A stretch of 64,000 bases of DNA from Eledone cirrhosa (lineage: Eukaryota): the NCBI GenBank assembly GCA_964016885.1, contig OZ024742.1, positions 110,298,001 through 110,362,000 of the forward strand. The letters are read 5' to 3'. Each line of letters starts with the position of its first letter. Position 1 is the first letter of the stretch. The notes beneath the pieces are model-generated. The model was not told the DNA's origin and made no database searches. It worked only from the letters and a program-made list of their open reading frames with translations. This document shows positions 13,518 through 30,115 of the stretch, piece by piece. The position numbers and the translations under genes were made by a program.

Positions 13518-14689
13518 TCTATATTTCTCTCTGTTACACATCAAACCTTAAGTCTTTTGATATTCTACTGCAGTTGAATCATACTTTGTGCACGAATTCA
13601 TTATATATAATCACACTGGCCTACGGTACTACGCTACACGTATAATTTAAAGCGCACGCTGCCTGTTGAGGCAATTTCTTCTCTTTATTGCAGAGAAATT
13701 GAAATAATCTGATTAAACGAAGCAAGGATGCGAATATCTTTAATCTTACGAGAACTAAATTGTCTTAGGGCTAAACGTAACATGGAGACTACGATTATTC
13801 ACACACACACACGCACACACGCACACACGCACACACGCACACACCCACACACACACACAAACACCCCCCCCCCCCCACACACACAGACATGCACACATAT
13901 ACGGACACACAGATACGCACGTAATGAATTCATTCTTCACGACTCAAGTTTTAAGTCATTGCAAATAACAGACGAGTGTTGTGTTTCTGTTCTAATTTTA
14001 TATCCATTTGTGTGCACACAGTGAATAGCTGGAAATATGTGCAGCTACAATGAAACAATGTCATGAACGTTAAGAAAATAAGTGTTCCTCAAGTCAACGG
14101 AGTTGCAAGAGTAACAAACACACAAATACAACATCAGAGTAGCAAGAAGCGCGTTTAAATCCAGATACACAAAATACTTAAACCTATTCCCAAACATTAA
14201 CAGAAAATATGCAACTGCTTCACCAAAGCATATTGGAGACCTAAAGAGAGCATCATGATTACACACTGATCAATAATAGACAGTGCAATCATTTACATAT
14301 ACTCCTAAGTTTATGAAACACACTCTGCACCCCATTATGTAAATAGTTTATGTGGATAAACCACTGCGCCTCTTTCCAGAAAGCACATCAGAACAACCCG
14401 ATAATTTCAACTGTTTATTAACGTCATATCAAATGTATCTACTGGCATTCCTATGAAGGAACAATTTAGAGCTGCTTATGAAAATTGCTATGAATCACAA
14501 GCCCAATTTTACTCATTTGAATGAGTAAAATAACAATATATTGACTGGCAGGGGTGTGTGAATTCTCTGATTATCTTGTAAGCCCTAGAAACCTAACAAT
14601 TGTTCTTTTCTGCATGGTGTTTGAATGCAAAATAGAAAAAACGAAAAACATTTGTTACTTATACACTTATGTAGCCCTTACTATCGTAC

Positions 14690-15960
14690 CACTGCCCATG
14701 TCGGGGAGATGTATCTTATGTTTATCTAAATAATAAAGCTGGAAATTAAAATGTCTTTTATACTGGGCAATAACGAATAATGAAACTGCAGCTGGCTTAT
14801 ATCAACTATACAACCACGAGTCATCGAAGGAGCAACGAGCCCAAGAAGAAAGCACGAGCCTATGAAGGATCGACCACGATAGTATAAGTGGGAATTGCAA
14901 CCACCAGTGAACTGTGTTAAAACAAGTAAGAATTTCATATAAATACCACAGCCTGATATATAAATACTTTGGATTATATAATATAGGTCATCAACGCTCA
15001 ATTTTTCTATGGCAGTTGGGAGACAGGAGCACTAGTTATCTTCAAGATATTGACAAATTTCGCACTCAAACATGGAAAACTATATTGGAATGTCTAAGAG
15101 CTACTCCCAAAATATCTGTATTCATGAAGCAGGGTTAACCTCTAATCTGTTTATAGAAGAACCCAGACAGCGTAAATGTCTAACTGCTCAGTTAAAAGAA
15201 AAAGAAAAAAAGCATGATATTGGGCTTCCTCCTAGTTTAGAACAATTAAAATCGTTTAGGCTAACATGTAAAAACTCAAGACAGGAAAGCAAAAGAATAC
15301 CATAACAATATCACGTAGTCGAACTGTTTTAACAATTGGGTCGTTATAGTGATGGGGCACATTCCAACAATAGAGTAGGGTGTGGATCTAGGTGATGTTT
15401 CAAAAATAATAATACAAATACGAGCTTCAGATTACACCAGAAGTTCATAATATTTGATGCAGAGTAGTGGAGAATGACATCCATCCAAAGAAATGCAATG
15501 AGAAAAGATTTTCTGATAGTTTATTGAACCTTTCGATCAAGAAGTTAGAGATATTAATAGTGTTCTGCTAAGAATAGTTAACTATCTGTCAGAAAATAAT
15601 AAAGAAATAAAAAGTATTTATATAATAGGCCATAGAGGCATACGAATGCAAGGAGTGAGGGGCAAAGAGAAATAATAGATATAGACTACATTCCAAATCA
15701 TTTAGCTTAATATGTTAGGTGTAGGAAAAATTCTGGTAAGAATCTAGAAATAAAGTCTTAAATTGCAATCCTCCATTGTCTAAGCAAGATCTGTCAATGT
15801 TTAAAACGTATCAGGCACTAATGAAACAGAGACTATATTGGTTTCGAACGGACCATATACCGTTGAACAATATTTTATCACGAACAGGTCGTATATAGAA
15901 TCACCTCTATGTTCTAGTGGTGACTGCTCAGAAACTTTTCAAATTCTCTCTTAAACAAAC
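14690..15960 (+). mobile_element. Highly decayed I-clade LINE 3' portion (RT thumb, RNase H, C-terminal zinc knuckle)
   Basis: Fragments translate as ...CLRATP / IHEAG, SDGAHSNNRVGCG...SFRL...IFDAE (RNase H-like), GHRGI and FRTDHIPLN...SPLC. Many stops and frameshifts. Confidence 0.6.
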
Positions 15961-17059
15961 GAAAGGAGTGCCAAGGCGACTAGTAACAACTTCGAAGTTT
16001 TAACCTGGTTGCTTCATTTGGCTGTGTGGAGTGGCAGGAACTTATTTCATGCTTGGGTTGTAGTTGAGAGTAGTTATTGCTTTTTGTTTTGTAAGGCCAT
16101 AAGAAAGGGTGTTGGTTTGTTTAATAATGAAGTTATTTGTAATTGAATAACAAACGCGTGCGTTGTGTATGTCTAATAATGAAGTTATTCACAATTGAAT
16201 ATTCAAAGTGTATGTGTATATCTATGGAATAGCAGGTGTTTAAGTGGCAAACTTTTATAGATAAAGACATTAATTTTGTGTGAAGAGTGATATTATGGAT
16301 AAATCATTAGTGGGAGTGGGGACTATTCAAAGAAATGGTAAGCTCTTTTTGGTGAAAGAATTTTGATGTGTTTGATTATTTATTCTCGGTTTGGTAAAAG
16401 TAGTGTGAGTGGAAGAGTGGTTTAGTGGATAATAGGCAGTACTGATAGTATGTATATATGTCTGTTTTTTTTAAAGGAAATTTTTTATTCTTTCTTAAAG
16501 ATTTTCTGATTGACTGTTTCAATGCTGGTTGTTTATCTTCAAAGGGTTTTGTTGTTGTTCAGTTTTGATTGTTGGGAAGTTCAATGACTTAGAAGGATTT
16601 CGAATATCTTGTTTTTAGAGTTGTATGCATAGGGAATTCGGGCTTTATATGACATTGTGAACAAATGGAATTTAGAAATTTATAGTGTATTAGGGGTAGT
16701 GATGGAAAGGAAATTATAAATGTAATTTGAGGGAGTTTGTAGGTTGGGGTGTAAATTGTGCTAGACATGTTTGATGGCATTCAATTTCACACATGTGCAT
16801 CAGTATTGGAATACGGAGATGTATTCACGGATATGGATTCTTACAGGGAAATGCGCTCGTACCACGACCGTCTGGTTAGGGTGAACACTCCATAGACTCA
16901 TGCGTGACCTATGTACACATCCATGCATCGGGTGATGGTACGATTGTGGGCGTGTGGCCCTACGCAGGAATTTAGGCTTATTACAAAAGTAATAAATGGC
17001 TAACATACGCATACGTCCACATCTATACCTATCTATCTATTTTGTAGTGGTGGAGTATT

Positions 17060-17281
17060 CTGGCGTTGTTGTCCCCGTACAACATCTTTACTCACTGCTA
17101 TCGGTGCAGAGTTAGTCATCCGCAGACATGAGCCACGTGAGTTGGAATACTTATTTTAACGCGTCTCCTCCGCTTTTCTGCGGGGTAACGTTTTTTCCAT
17201 TCTGTCCGCTGTGAATGTGGAGCGGCTTGAACCTGGCTTTATCCATGTCAGAGAGTATTCTGCCACATAGACCGGGCTCAT
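17060..17281 (-). mobile_element. Putative tRNA-derived SINE (different family)
   Basis: The - strand has a tRNA-like head with B-box ggttcaagcc and a GC-richer body. Confidence 0.4.
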
Positions 17282-17827
17282 ATCATTAGTGTAGTGAAGG
17301 CTGAATATTCTTTCTCATATTTTTGTTGTATTTAAACTCACAAACAAATGAGCTTAGTTTTCTTTCTCTCACAGTGTATTATATTATTTTCTTATGTTTC
17401 TTTCATATATCCGCCATTCTGGTTCATAAAAAAGTGTATACAACGCCATCTGTATAGCTGTCCATCAATCTGTCTCATCATTGTTTACTTCCTTTTTAAC
17501 AATCTTTTCCTTTTTCTTTCAATCATTTTTCTTCCTTACCTTTGTTTCTATTTTCGTCCGTATTTCAGCTATTCACTTTTATATTTCTTTTTAACCCGCC
17601 GACTTATTCTTCTTGTGTTTTTTGTTCCTGTCTTATTTTGTTTCATCCTCTACCTTCACCCCTTCCACCAGTTTCCTTCTTACATTGTTAACCTCTTTCA
17701 CCCAATTATTTAATTCAATTGTCCTTCATTTTTATTAATATTCCTTTTCTTTTTTTGGTACCTCCCTTATTTCATTGTTTGCATCTCTTTCTCTCTCTCT
17801 GTCGTCTGCCTCTCTCTCTCTCCCCCT

Positions 17828-17890
<63 letters not shown>

Positions 17891-18010
17891 TATCTATCTA
17901 TCTATCTATCTATCTATGTATCTATGTATTTATACCGATCTATCTAACTGCCTGTCTGTCTGCCTGTCTGTCTGTCTCTAAGTGTGTATGTATTCAAATA
18001 TGTATGCATG

Positions 18011-18061
<51 letters not shown>

Positions 18062-18098
18062 TTCTCTCTCTCTATATATTTATATACATACCCCCCCC

Positions 18099-18156
<58 letters not shown>

Positions 18157-18807
18157 CAGTGTATCGATCCTAATGTTTGTTAATCTATCTATCCATCTTA
18201 TATATATATCGTTCTCTACCTTAGTTTACTTATATCCCTAAATCATCCTCCCTCTCATACTAACACACACAGTCAATCTTTTTTTCTCTTTCACTCTATC
18301 CCTTCCTACAGCTAGCTCTTGCTTTCACCTTAATTTAACACATCTGTCCATTTCTTTACGTCAGTATAAATACAAACACTCAAACACAAACAGAAAAACA
18401 CAAAGAAAAAAAATATCGCCTAAAATTAGATAACACTTTATTCTTGAATATTCCTGGAAGCAGGTGTATTAGTTTTAAGACATCAGTTAATATCATTGTT
18501 TTGGAAACGATATTCTTTCTTTTGATTCTTCCTTATAAATATTACACTAGTTTACAACGAAACTATGCCAACCTTTGTTACAACTACCTATTAAAAGAGA
18601 ATAGACGTCCATAGAAATGTGTGTGTGTGTGTGTGTGTTTGTGTATGCTGTGCAGGCCTAAATACTGTGGGTAGGTATTTCCCTTTGCCAGAAGTTTACA
18701 AGAGCGGTGTGTACCTCAACCCAGAAATTCCTACATAGGAAGCTTATTATGTATTACATAGCTGATCATTTTATATATGTCAATATATATTTTGTTTATT
18801 TTTAAAG

Positions 18808-19085
18808 GAAGGCGTGTGGTTGTGGTTAGAGTGTTGGGCTCACAGACAGAGTCACGCGTTGCACCCTTGTGTAAGGGGCTAATTTTAGATTGCTCCATCA
18901 GTTCACTCGGCGAAATATGTGTACCACCAACAGCTAAGTGCTAGCCCCGCGACGGAATGGCGTCCCGTCTATAGAGGTCTCTTGTACTTTCAGTCGCCTA
19001 ACGCCCCGGGCGGGATAATCTCTGGGCGGGATAAGCTCCGTGCTTAGTTCAACCCATGCAGAAACATTGAAAAATGAACGTAAAC
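18808..19085 (+). mobile_element. SINE with V-domain-like centre
   Basis: Head ggcgtgtggttgtggttagagtgttgggct, plus ccccgcgacggaatggcgtcccgtc resembling the V-SINE domain. Confidence 0.5.
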
Positions 19086-19722
19086 ACGAGAACACCATAG
19101 CTCATGTTTTTTTTTTTTGATTTGCAATTACTATAGATGTTGATGCAGTGCACATCCAGCTTTTGTAATGAAATAAACTTATTTAGTTATATGTCGTTGT
19201 TTTACTAACAAGTAATACATTAATACATTTGTTATTTCTGTATAGAACTGCAAACAGTTAATTAAACGGAGTTGAATTACTTTTTAGAATCACTGCCACA
19301 AATATACCCAAGAATATATAAAGCTTCTGAGGCACCAAAATGTGTGTTGAGCAGTAATAAAATAAGTTAACACTGTATTCCTTAATAGTTATTTTGAACA
19401 GTTGATACCTCTCAATCATTACCACTTCCGAATCGGTTTTGAGCAGAGATAAAAGGCAGTACACAAATAACTTTTACACTTGTATAAAAAAAGCGGAAAT
19501 TTAGCCGGAAGGTGAATAGGAAAAGATGAAAATTGTAAGCAAGACTCAACTACATAGAATTTTCTAGAGAAAGAACAGACCTTGTTATAAGAAATCTGGC
19601 ACCTGTGGATGTAATGTCCTAATAGTAACAACAACAACGAGAACATCAACAACAGTAACAAAAATAATAACCAGCCAAAAGTAGAAAAACAGCAACAACG
19701 ACAAGAGTAACAGCAACACCAA

Positions 19723-19792
<70 letters not shown>

Positions 19793-19793
19793 C

Positions 19794-19911
19794 AGGCAGA
19801 ATCATAGCTGTGTGGTTAAGTAGTTCGCTTTCGTAACCGCTGAGTTCCGGGTATCGTCTCACTCCGATGGATGCACTTTGGGCAAGTGTCCTCTCCTGTA
19901 CCAAAAGCCTG

Positions 19912-19912
<1 letters not shown>
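19794..19912 (+). mobile_element. Truncated tRNA/CORE-like SINE
   Basis: tagctgtgtggttaagtagttcgctt head and actttgggcaagtgtc motif, between CA tracts. Confidence 0.5.
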
Positions 19913-19962
<50 letters not shown>

Positions 19963-20099
19963 CATATATATGTACACATATATATAAAGTTCGAACAAGT
20001 TGAGAATACAATGGTGTATATGACTAAGAAAATTTAAAGCTCAATATGAATTTATAATCTACAACATGAAGGGTAATAAACAGTGCAAAGTGTAATTCA

Positions 20100-20718
20100 A
20101 TGGTTAAATTCCAATTGCAGTAATGTTATAATTTCAAAGAGCATATATATAAAACAAAAATAAGTTAGAAATGCAGGCTCTGTGGAAATAATGTGGCAAA
20201 TGTAACCCACTTGTGGACAAAAATAATACAAGTGCCGCCATGATAAAATCTGTCTACAGCTTTTGTGTTGTAAATAGCAATATGAAGTCATAGAGAATTG
20301 GTATGAGCATGTGCCTTGTAAAGTAATGCAGGAGGATGGGAAATCAATGATTTTCTGGGATTATGATTATAATTGAGCATCGCCGACCGGACATTGTCGT
20401 ATTGAACATGAAAGACTGATACGAATATTGTACATAAGGAGATTGAAAATATCACCAAGTACTCTGATTTGAAAGTGGAGCTGGCAAGAATATTTGGAAT
20501 GCAAGAGGGTTATGTGAAAGTGATACCAGTTGCGATTAGGGCATTAGGGTCGGTCAATCTCATTGAAACTTCAAATTTTTTTAAAGCGACTAAGAATACC
20601 ATACAGGTTAGGTGTCATACAAAAGGTGGCTTTTGAGGAAAGTATTATCTGTCTGAGGTCCTTGTTGCGATTTGACAAATGACTAAATACCCCAGTGCAT
20701 TATCCATTTGCACTGGAC
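20100..20718 (+). mobile_element. Decayed R4/Dong-clade 3' fragment ending at (GAT)n(AAT)n
   Basis: Translates in pieces as KCRLCGNNVANVTHL, YKCRHDKIC, WYEHVP, IFWDY and IEHRRPDIVV (CCHC plus PD..D endonuclease). Confidence 0.7.
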
Positions 20719-20741
20719 GATGATGATGATGATGATAATAA

Positions 20742-20926
20742 TGGTTTCATATATAGGCACAAGGCCAGCAATTACCCAGTACATTATTGGTACTTTATTT
20801 TATCGACCCCGTAAGGATGAAAGGCAAAGTTAACCTCGGCGGGATTTGAACTCAGAATGGCAAGGGCCGGGACTCTATGCGTCAAAGCATGGCGTCCGAC
20901 CCTCTACCGATATTGCCAATCCACCG
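20742..20926 (-). mobile_element. tRNA-derived SINE (major family)
   Basis: Near-complete reverse complement of 47116-47300. Confidence 0.9.
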
Positions 20927-21078
<152 letters not shown>

Positions 21079-21283
21079 AGGAAGAAGAAGGAGAGGAAGA
21101 GATGATAAAACACAGAAATCAAACAGAGAAGAAAAAAGAGTAAAAAAGAAGAAACAGGAATGAGAGATAAAAGTAGAAGAATTACCGGAAGTAACTACTA
21201 TTCAGGAGTTTATGGAAACCAATTGGTTGTGTACCTTTAACATTGCAAACTAAGAAATTACTATTTCCATGATGTTAACCTAA

Positions 21284-21397
<114 letters not shown>

Positions 21398-21585
21398 TGT
21401 GTGTGTGTGTGTGAGTGTGTGTGTGTGTGTTAGTGTGTGTGTGAGTGTGTGTGAGTGTGTGTGTTAGTGAGAGTGTGTGTGAGCGTGTGTGTTAGTGTGT
21501 GTGTGAGTGTGTGTGTGTGTATGTATGTATGTATGTATGTATGTGTGTGTGTGTGTATGTATGTATGTTTGTGTGTGTGTGTGTG

Positions 21586-21616
<31 letters not shown>

Positions 21617-23159
21617 ATGAGTGATTGTACTGATTGTACGTGATGTTATATGCATTGATAGATTATATCAAAAATATGATTGTTGATATGTTATCATCTG
21701 AGCGTCTTCCCGGCAAAGAATTTCAGTCACCCATAACTTCTTCAATAGAGCAGACATAATTGTACTTGTGGCAGAAACATTTGTCAATCTAGTGCAGTGT
21801 TTTCCAAACTAATAAATATTTGAGAATATTATTGACCCTCTCTCCTCTTTATTAGTGAGAAGACAAAATATGGTGATATATTATAACATTCTAGATATAT
21901 ACAATATTCTAATAAAACAACGACTTGTATTTTGCTGCAGCAGGAATCAGCATATGCTTGAAACACAGTGGAAGACTTAGCCAATGGCACTCATGGATCT
22001 GGTGGTGTTAAACCAGGAGACGGATTCGGTGTACCACTCTAAATCTCAGAAAGATAAGAGCCGAAACAAATGCTGTGAGACATCTCATCGGAAGTGCTAA
22101 CAATTCCTTAAATACATCATGCTTGACTGGTTCTTTGTTTTATCGAACCTGAAAAGAAAGGTTAATCCTCACCAGTACTTGAACTCAAATCGCAGAATGG
22201 CTGGAGAGATACTGTATACTATTTTGTAATTCGCACTATCGATTCTGGTAAGTTGGCAGACGGAATATAACTAATAGAATTTATTTCTTCAGGGGAGCAG
22301 ACATAATAGCACTAGTTAGAGAAAAGTCGGAAATATGAAATAGCACATATTTTGTCTAGTGGTTCTAGCAACAGTCTGGCGAGTAAAATATTTGTTAATC
22401 ACCAAGATGGACATAACTAAGCGTTGTAGGAATATTCAGTCTTGCGGTGTTTTTGTGTGTGTCTATAACTGGTGCTTTTATTGTGAGTGATTTGTTAAAC
22501 AATATTTCTTTCACTAATCAGGAAGTATACTACAGATAAAATATTTGCATATATTAAATGACAAAGCAAAGGATATAAAGAAAGCGATAATAAAAAAAGT
22601 AATAAAATGAAGACAGTTTGTAGTCGACATTGTTTCAAATTCTTTTCATTCGTGGTAGTCTTTGCAAATGTTGTCATTTCATATTTCCAACAATAATGGC
22701 GGCAAGTTTGGGGAATCAATGATTAACTGTATTAAACCATTGACTATTCTTCTACGTTCTGAATTCAAATCCCCGCTGGTGAAGACTTCCATTTTCATCA
22801 CTTCACCCCCTTCGTCACCACACATATGTACTGCAGTCGTTAAAGTAAGAAATATTGGCTATATGGTTGTCGATTTTATCGACCACAATCACGTGTTGGA
22901 ATGTTTTCATGAAATGTCAAATCTTTATGTGCATAGGGGAAATATATACATACATACACACATACATACATACATATTTACATCTACATATACGTACACA
23001 CATAGAATATATGCATAGAATATATATAAACACACACACACACATACACATATATATATATGTGTATGCGTGTGTGTGTGTATCTGTGTGACGTGTATGG
23101 ATTTTTTATATGAAAATAATATTAAGGTAAATGAATCAGAATTACAAGAAGATTGATAA

Positions 23160-23339
<180 letters not shown>

Positions 23340-23786
23340 TTCTTTTTTTTACTTTCGACCATAACAGCAGAGTACTTGATGCAATGTAAACTCAATCTAA
23401 TACCATTTAATATAGATGTAACAAAATTCACTCGACAAGCACGTGGAAGCCAAAGTACTAACATTAATATATTAACTTTGCCTTTCATCCTTACGGAGTC
23501 GATAAAATAAAGTACCAGTAATGCGCTGGTTATTTGCTGACCTATTTGACTCTTTCCTTTTTGTTTTATTCTTCATTTACACCTTCTCCCACCATGATAT
23601 TATATACTGAGGTCGTTTGAATCGCAGTATATTAATAAAAGAGGGTTGTTTATCATATATAATGCAGTGCCTTTGTAAGGACATCGCTTCCTTAATCTTG
23701 TCAGTCTTCTCTGACAATACAAATATAGAGAAAAATAACCATTAGTCCTAGAGTCAAAGATCAGATTATAATATATAAACGTACTA

Positions 23787-23936
23787 GGGTGTGGATCGAC
23801 AGTATCGGTAGAGCGTCGGACAACGTGCTTTATGGCATAGGGTTACACCCCTTTACTATCTGAGTTCAAATCCTGCAGATCGTTTAATCCACATTCGCCT
23901 CCCCCAAAATTGTCGACCTTGTACCTAAATCAGAAG
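23787..23936 (+). mobile_element. tRNA-derived SINE (major family, diverged)
   Basis: cagtatcggtagagcgtcgga...ctgagttcaaatcc. A further core fragment lies at 23474-23530. Confidence 0.7.
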
Positions 23937-23959
23937 CCAATATATAGACATACTAAGTA

Positions 23960-24006
<47 letters not shown>

Positions 24007-24335
24007 TTTCTTTCTTTTCTTTAGTTTATTTTGGCACAAACATATGTTAGACGAATAATATGACGTAATTTTCTTCATTGCTATTTGTTGCATTATTACT
24101 ATCATTATAATTAATTTATGTCTTAAAGTTGAAAGATTTCGGTTACACATGTGCAGTAATAAGAGAATAGAAGTAGACTTCTTTTTGCCTGTCTCTCTTT
24201 CTATATATATCAACACAAGCCAGAATGGAAATATTGACCTAAGATGATGAAAATTATGATATATTCATATTGACACACACATATATACATACATATTTAC
24301 CTACGTACTTACACAGACACACACACACACACACA

Positions 24336-24463
<128 letters not shown>

Positions 24464-24890
24464 CTCTCTTCTCACTACTCACACGCAAACACGCACACAC
24501 ACACACATATACATATATATACGTATCTATGTACATATATGCGTATTCTTTACTCTTAACTAATTTACTATTTGTGTAACAATATTGTAATACTGTTGAA
24601 ATTCGACAAGTATTTTTATGGTTAAAGATTCGTTGTTTGTTTTCATATAATTTCAACTCTCTTACACATAACTCCTTAATCAACTGGCATCTAAATATGT
24701 ATTTCCATTTTAGAATTATGAGTAAATAATACACGGCATATTTTATTGAATGTATTAAATATATGTAGTTTTGTCATAGAGGTTAATTTTTATTTAGAGG
24801 TTAATTCTCGCCGAAGTATTTTAGTCTTTTTATCAGCCCATCTATTTTTGCGTCTTCTCTATGAATCCATATCTGATTATCCATCTTTCG

Positions 24891-25026
<136 letters not shown>

Positions 25027-25126
25027 AATTAGTATATCTACCAACATATATATACAGATGCAAGCAAATATAAAAGGTTTTGTCTTAGTAACTTTGTGGT
25101 TCAATGCAAGGGGATGCAGAACAATT

Positions 25127-25403
25127 ATATGAAAAACGTAAAATAATAAAATTATAGTAATTAGCTTACTTACTTAAGAAATATACATCGAGAGCATGGA
25201 GAAACCCTTTCGTCATCAGAGAGTCATTCTCAGCTAAGATACCTGTCAATGCGTGGACACAGTATCTTAGCTGAGAATGACCCCCTGATGACGAAAAGGT
25301 TTCTCCATGCTTTCAATGTAATTTCCTTTTCTGAAACTAATTAGTTGGAGTGAAATTTAAGTAAGCTAATTACTATAATTTTCTTATTTTACGTTTTTCA
25401 TAT
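25127..25403. mobile_element. Fold-back element family D with hammerhead
   Basis: 25127-25242 pairs with 25263-25403; the right arm has ~25 extra nt. Ends in (TA)n. Confidence 0.8.
25281..25350 (+). ncRNA. Type I hammerhead ribozyme motif (family D)
   Basis: cccc-CTGATGA-c-gaaaagg...ccttttc-t-GAA-actaattagt-T-ggag. 7-bp stem II and palindromic stem III. Stem I is imperfect here; the left-arm version ctct fits better. Confidence 0.6.
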
Positions 25404-25408
25404 ATATA

Positions 25409-25494
<86 letters not shown>

Positions 25495-25498
25495 ATAG

Positions 25499-25560
<62 letters not shown>

Positions 25561-25568
25561 CCATACAT

Positions 25569-25660
<92 letters not shown>

Positions 25661-25924
25661 GTATATGTATATATATATTTATACATACACTCATACAATG
25701 TCACACACGTATATATGTATGTAATTAATCCTAGCCAACGAAGCTCGTATTATATCCAAATGTTCATATTCAACATTGTTTTTACACAAATGTAAATAAG
25801 TTATAGATTATTCTTGTTTCAGAACCTAATCATCAAACGTTACCGATGACCGAAAAAAATCGTGAAACGCTAATATATCTAGAGTTCTCACACGTCTACC
25901 CAGCTATATATGGTTTATTCTACA

Positions 25925-26303
25925 CACAGACACGCACACACACACACATACACACATATATATGTTATACACTCACGCATACACACACACATACACATAT
26001 ATATGTTATACACTCACGCATACACACACACAGATACATACACACATACACACATATATATGTTATATACTCACGCATACACACACAGACGCACATACAC
26101 ATACACATATATATGTTATACACTCACGCATACACACACACAGACACACACACATACACACGTGTATATGTTATATACACACGCATACACACACACAGAC
26201 ACACACACACACATACACACATATATATGTTATACACTCACGCATACACACACACACACAGACACACACACACATACACACATATATATGTTATACACTC
26301 ACG

Positions 26304-26340
<37 letters not shown>

Positions 26341-29300
26341 ACATATATATGTTATACACTCACGCATACACACACACAAACACACACACACATACACACA
26401 TGTATATGTTATACAGTCACGCATACACACACACAGACACACAGACACATACACACATATATATGTTATACACTCACGCATACAGACACAAAGACGCACA
26501 TACACATACACACATATATATGTTATACACTCACGCATACACACACACAGACACACACACATACACACATATATATGTTATACACTCACGCATACACACA
26601 CACAGACACACACACATACACACATATATATGTTATACACTCACGCATACACACACACAGATACACACACACATACACACATATATATGTTATACACTCA
26701 CGCATACACACAGACAGATACACACACACATACACACATATATATGTTATACACTCACGCATACACACACACAGACACACACATATACACACATATATAT
26801 GTTATACACTCACGCATACACACACACAGACGCACATACACACATATATATGTTATACACTCACGCATACACACACACAGATACACACACACATACACAC
26901 ATATATATGTTATACACTCACGCATACACACACACACACGCATATACACACATATATATGTTATACACTCACGCATACACACACACAGACACACACACAT
27001 ACATACATATATATGTTATACACTCACGCATACACACACAGACACACACACATACACACATATATATGTTATACACTCACGCATACACACACACAGATAC
27101 ACAGACACATACATACATATATATGTTATACACTCACGCATACACACACAGAAACACACACATACACACATATATATGTTATACACTCACGCATACACAC
27201 ACAGAGACACACAAACACATACACACATATATATGTTATACACTCACGCATACACACACATACACACACACATACATACATATATATGTTATACACTCAC
27301 GCATACACACACACAGACACACACACACATACACACATATATATGTTATACACTCACGCATACACACACACAGACACATAGACACATACACACATATATA
27401 TGTTATACACTCACGCATACACACACACGCAGGCACACACACATACACACATATATGTTATACACTCACGCATACACAGCCACAGACACAAACACACATA
27501 CACACATATATATGTTATACACTCACGCATACACACACACAGACACACATACACACATATATATGTTATACACTCACGCATACACACACAGACACACAGA
27601 CACATACACACATATATATGTTATACACTCACGCATACACACACACACATACACACATACACATACACACATATATATGTTATACACTCACGCATACACA
27701 CACACAGACACACATACACACATATATATGTTATACACTCACGCACACACACACAGACGCATATACACACATATATATGTTATACACTCACGCACACACA
27801 CACAGATACAAAGACACATACATACATATATATGTTATACACTCACGCATACACACACAGACACACACACATACACACATATATATGTTATACACTCACG
27901 CATACACACACACAGACACACAGACACATACACACATATATATGTTATACACTCACGCATACACACACACAGACACACACACATACACATATATATATGT
28001 TATACACTCACGCATACACACACACAGACACACACACATATACACACATATATATGTTATACACTCACGCATACACACACACAGACACACATACACACAT
28101 ATATATGTTATACACTCACGCACACACACACAGACGCATATACACACATATATATGTTATACACTCACCCATACACACACACAGACACATACACACATAT
28201 ATATGTTATACACTCACCCATACACACACACAGACACACATATATATGTTATACACTCACGCATACACACACACAGACACACACATACATACACACATAT
28301 ATATGTTATGCACTCACGCATACACACACACGCACACACACACATACACACATATATATGTTATACACTCACGCATACACACACACAGATACACAGACAC
28401 ATACATACATATATATGTTATACAGTCACGCATACACACACAGACACACACACATACACACATATATATGTTATACACTCACGCATACACACACAGAGAC
28501 ACACAAATACATACACACATATATATGTTATACACTCACGCATACACACACATACACACATACACATACACACATATATATGTTATACACTCACGCATAC
28601 ACACACACAGACACACACACATACACACATATATATGTTATACACTCACGCATACACACACACAGACACATAGACACACACACACACACATACACACGTA
28701 TATATGTTATACACTCACGCATACACACACACGCAGGCACACACATACACACATATATATGTTATACACTCACGCATACACAGCCACAGACACAAACACA
28801 CATACACACATATATATGTTATACACTCACGCATACACACAGACACACATACACATACACACATATATATGTTATACACTCACGCACACACACACAGACA
28901 CACAGACACATACACACATACATATGTTATACACTCACGCATACACACACACATACACACATATATATGTTATACACTCACGCATTCACACACACAGACA
29001 CACACATACATACACACATATATATGTTATACACTCACGCACACACACACACACAGATACACAGACACATACATACATATATATGTTATACACTCACGCA
29101 TACACACACATACACACATATATATGTTATACACTCACGCATACACACACACAGACACACAGACACATACACACATATATATGTTATACACTCACGCATA
29201 CACACACACACAGACACACATAAATATGTTATACACTCACGCATACACACACACACAGATACACACACATACACACATATATATGTTATACACTCACGCA

Positions 29301-30115
29301 TACACACACACACACACACACACAGACACACACACTTACACACACATATATGTTATACACTCACGCATACACACACACTGACACACAGACACATACACAC
29401 ATATATATGTTATACACTCACGCATACACACACACACACATACACACATATATATGTTATACACTCACGCATACACACACACAGACACACACACACATAC
29501 ACACATATATATGTTATACACTCACGCATACACACACACAGATACACAGACACATACATACATATATATGTTATACACTCACGCATACACACATAGACAC
29601 ACACACATACACACCTATATATGTTATACACTCACGCATACACACACACAGACACACACACATACATACATATATATGTTATACACTCACGCATACACAC
29701 ACAGACACACACACATACACACATATATATGTTATACACTCACGCATACACATACACAGACACACAGACACATACACACATATATATGTTATACACTCAC
29801 GCATACACACACACACACAGACACACACACATACACACATATATATGTTATTCACTCACGCATACACACACACAGACACACATACACACATATATATGTT
29901 ATACACTCACGCATACACACACACAGACACACACACATATACACACATATCTATGTTATACACTCACGCATACACACACACGGACACACACACACATATA
30001 CACATATATATGTTATACACTCACGCATACACACACACAGACACACATACACACATATATATGTTATACACTCACGCATACTCACGCATACTCACGCATA
30101 CACACACTCAGATAC
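25925..30115. repeat. 4.2-kb minisatellite of ~36-50 bp units: constant core CATATATATGTTATACACTCACGCATA plus variable (CA)n spacer
   Basis: Core repeats roughly 90-100 times (estimate). It generates the very long spurious His/Thr/Tyr ORFs. Confidence 0.95.

Noticed and set aside
15975-17020. Strand-skewed stretch plus an SVLEYGDVF-like fragment suggesting further LINE debris
   Set aside because: Too degenerate to assign without an alignment.
25925-30115. CRISPR-like pattern of constant repeat plus variable spacer
   Set aside because: Spacers are only CA-slippage variants, there are no cas genes, and the context is eukaryotic.
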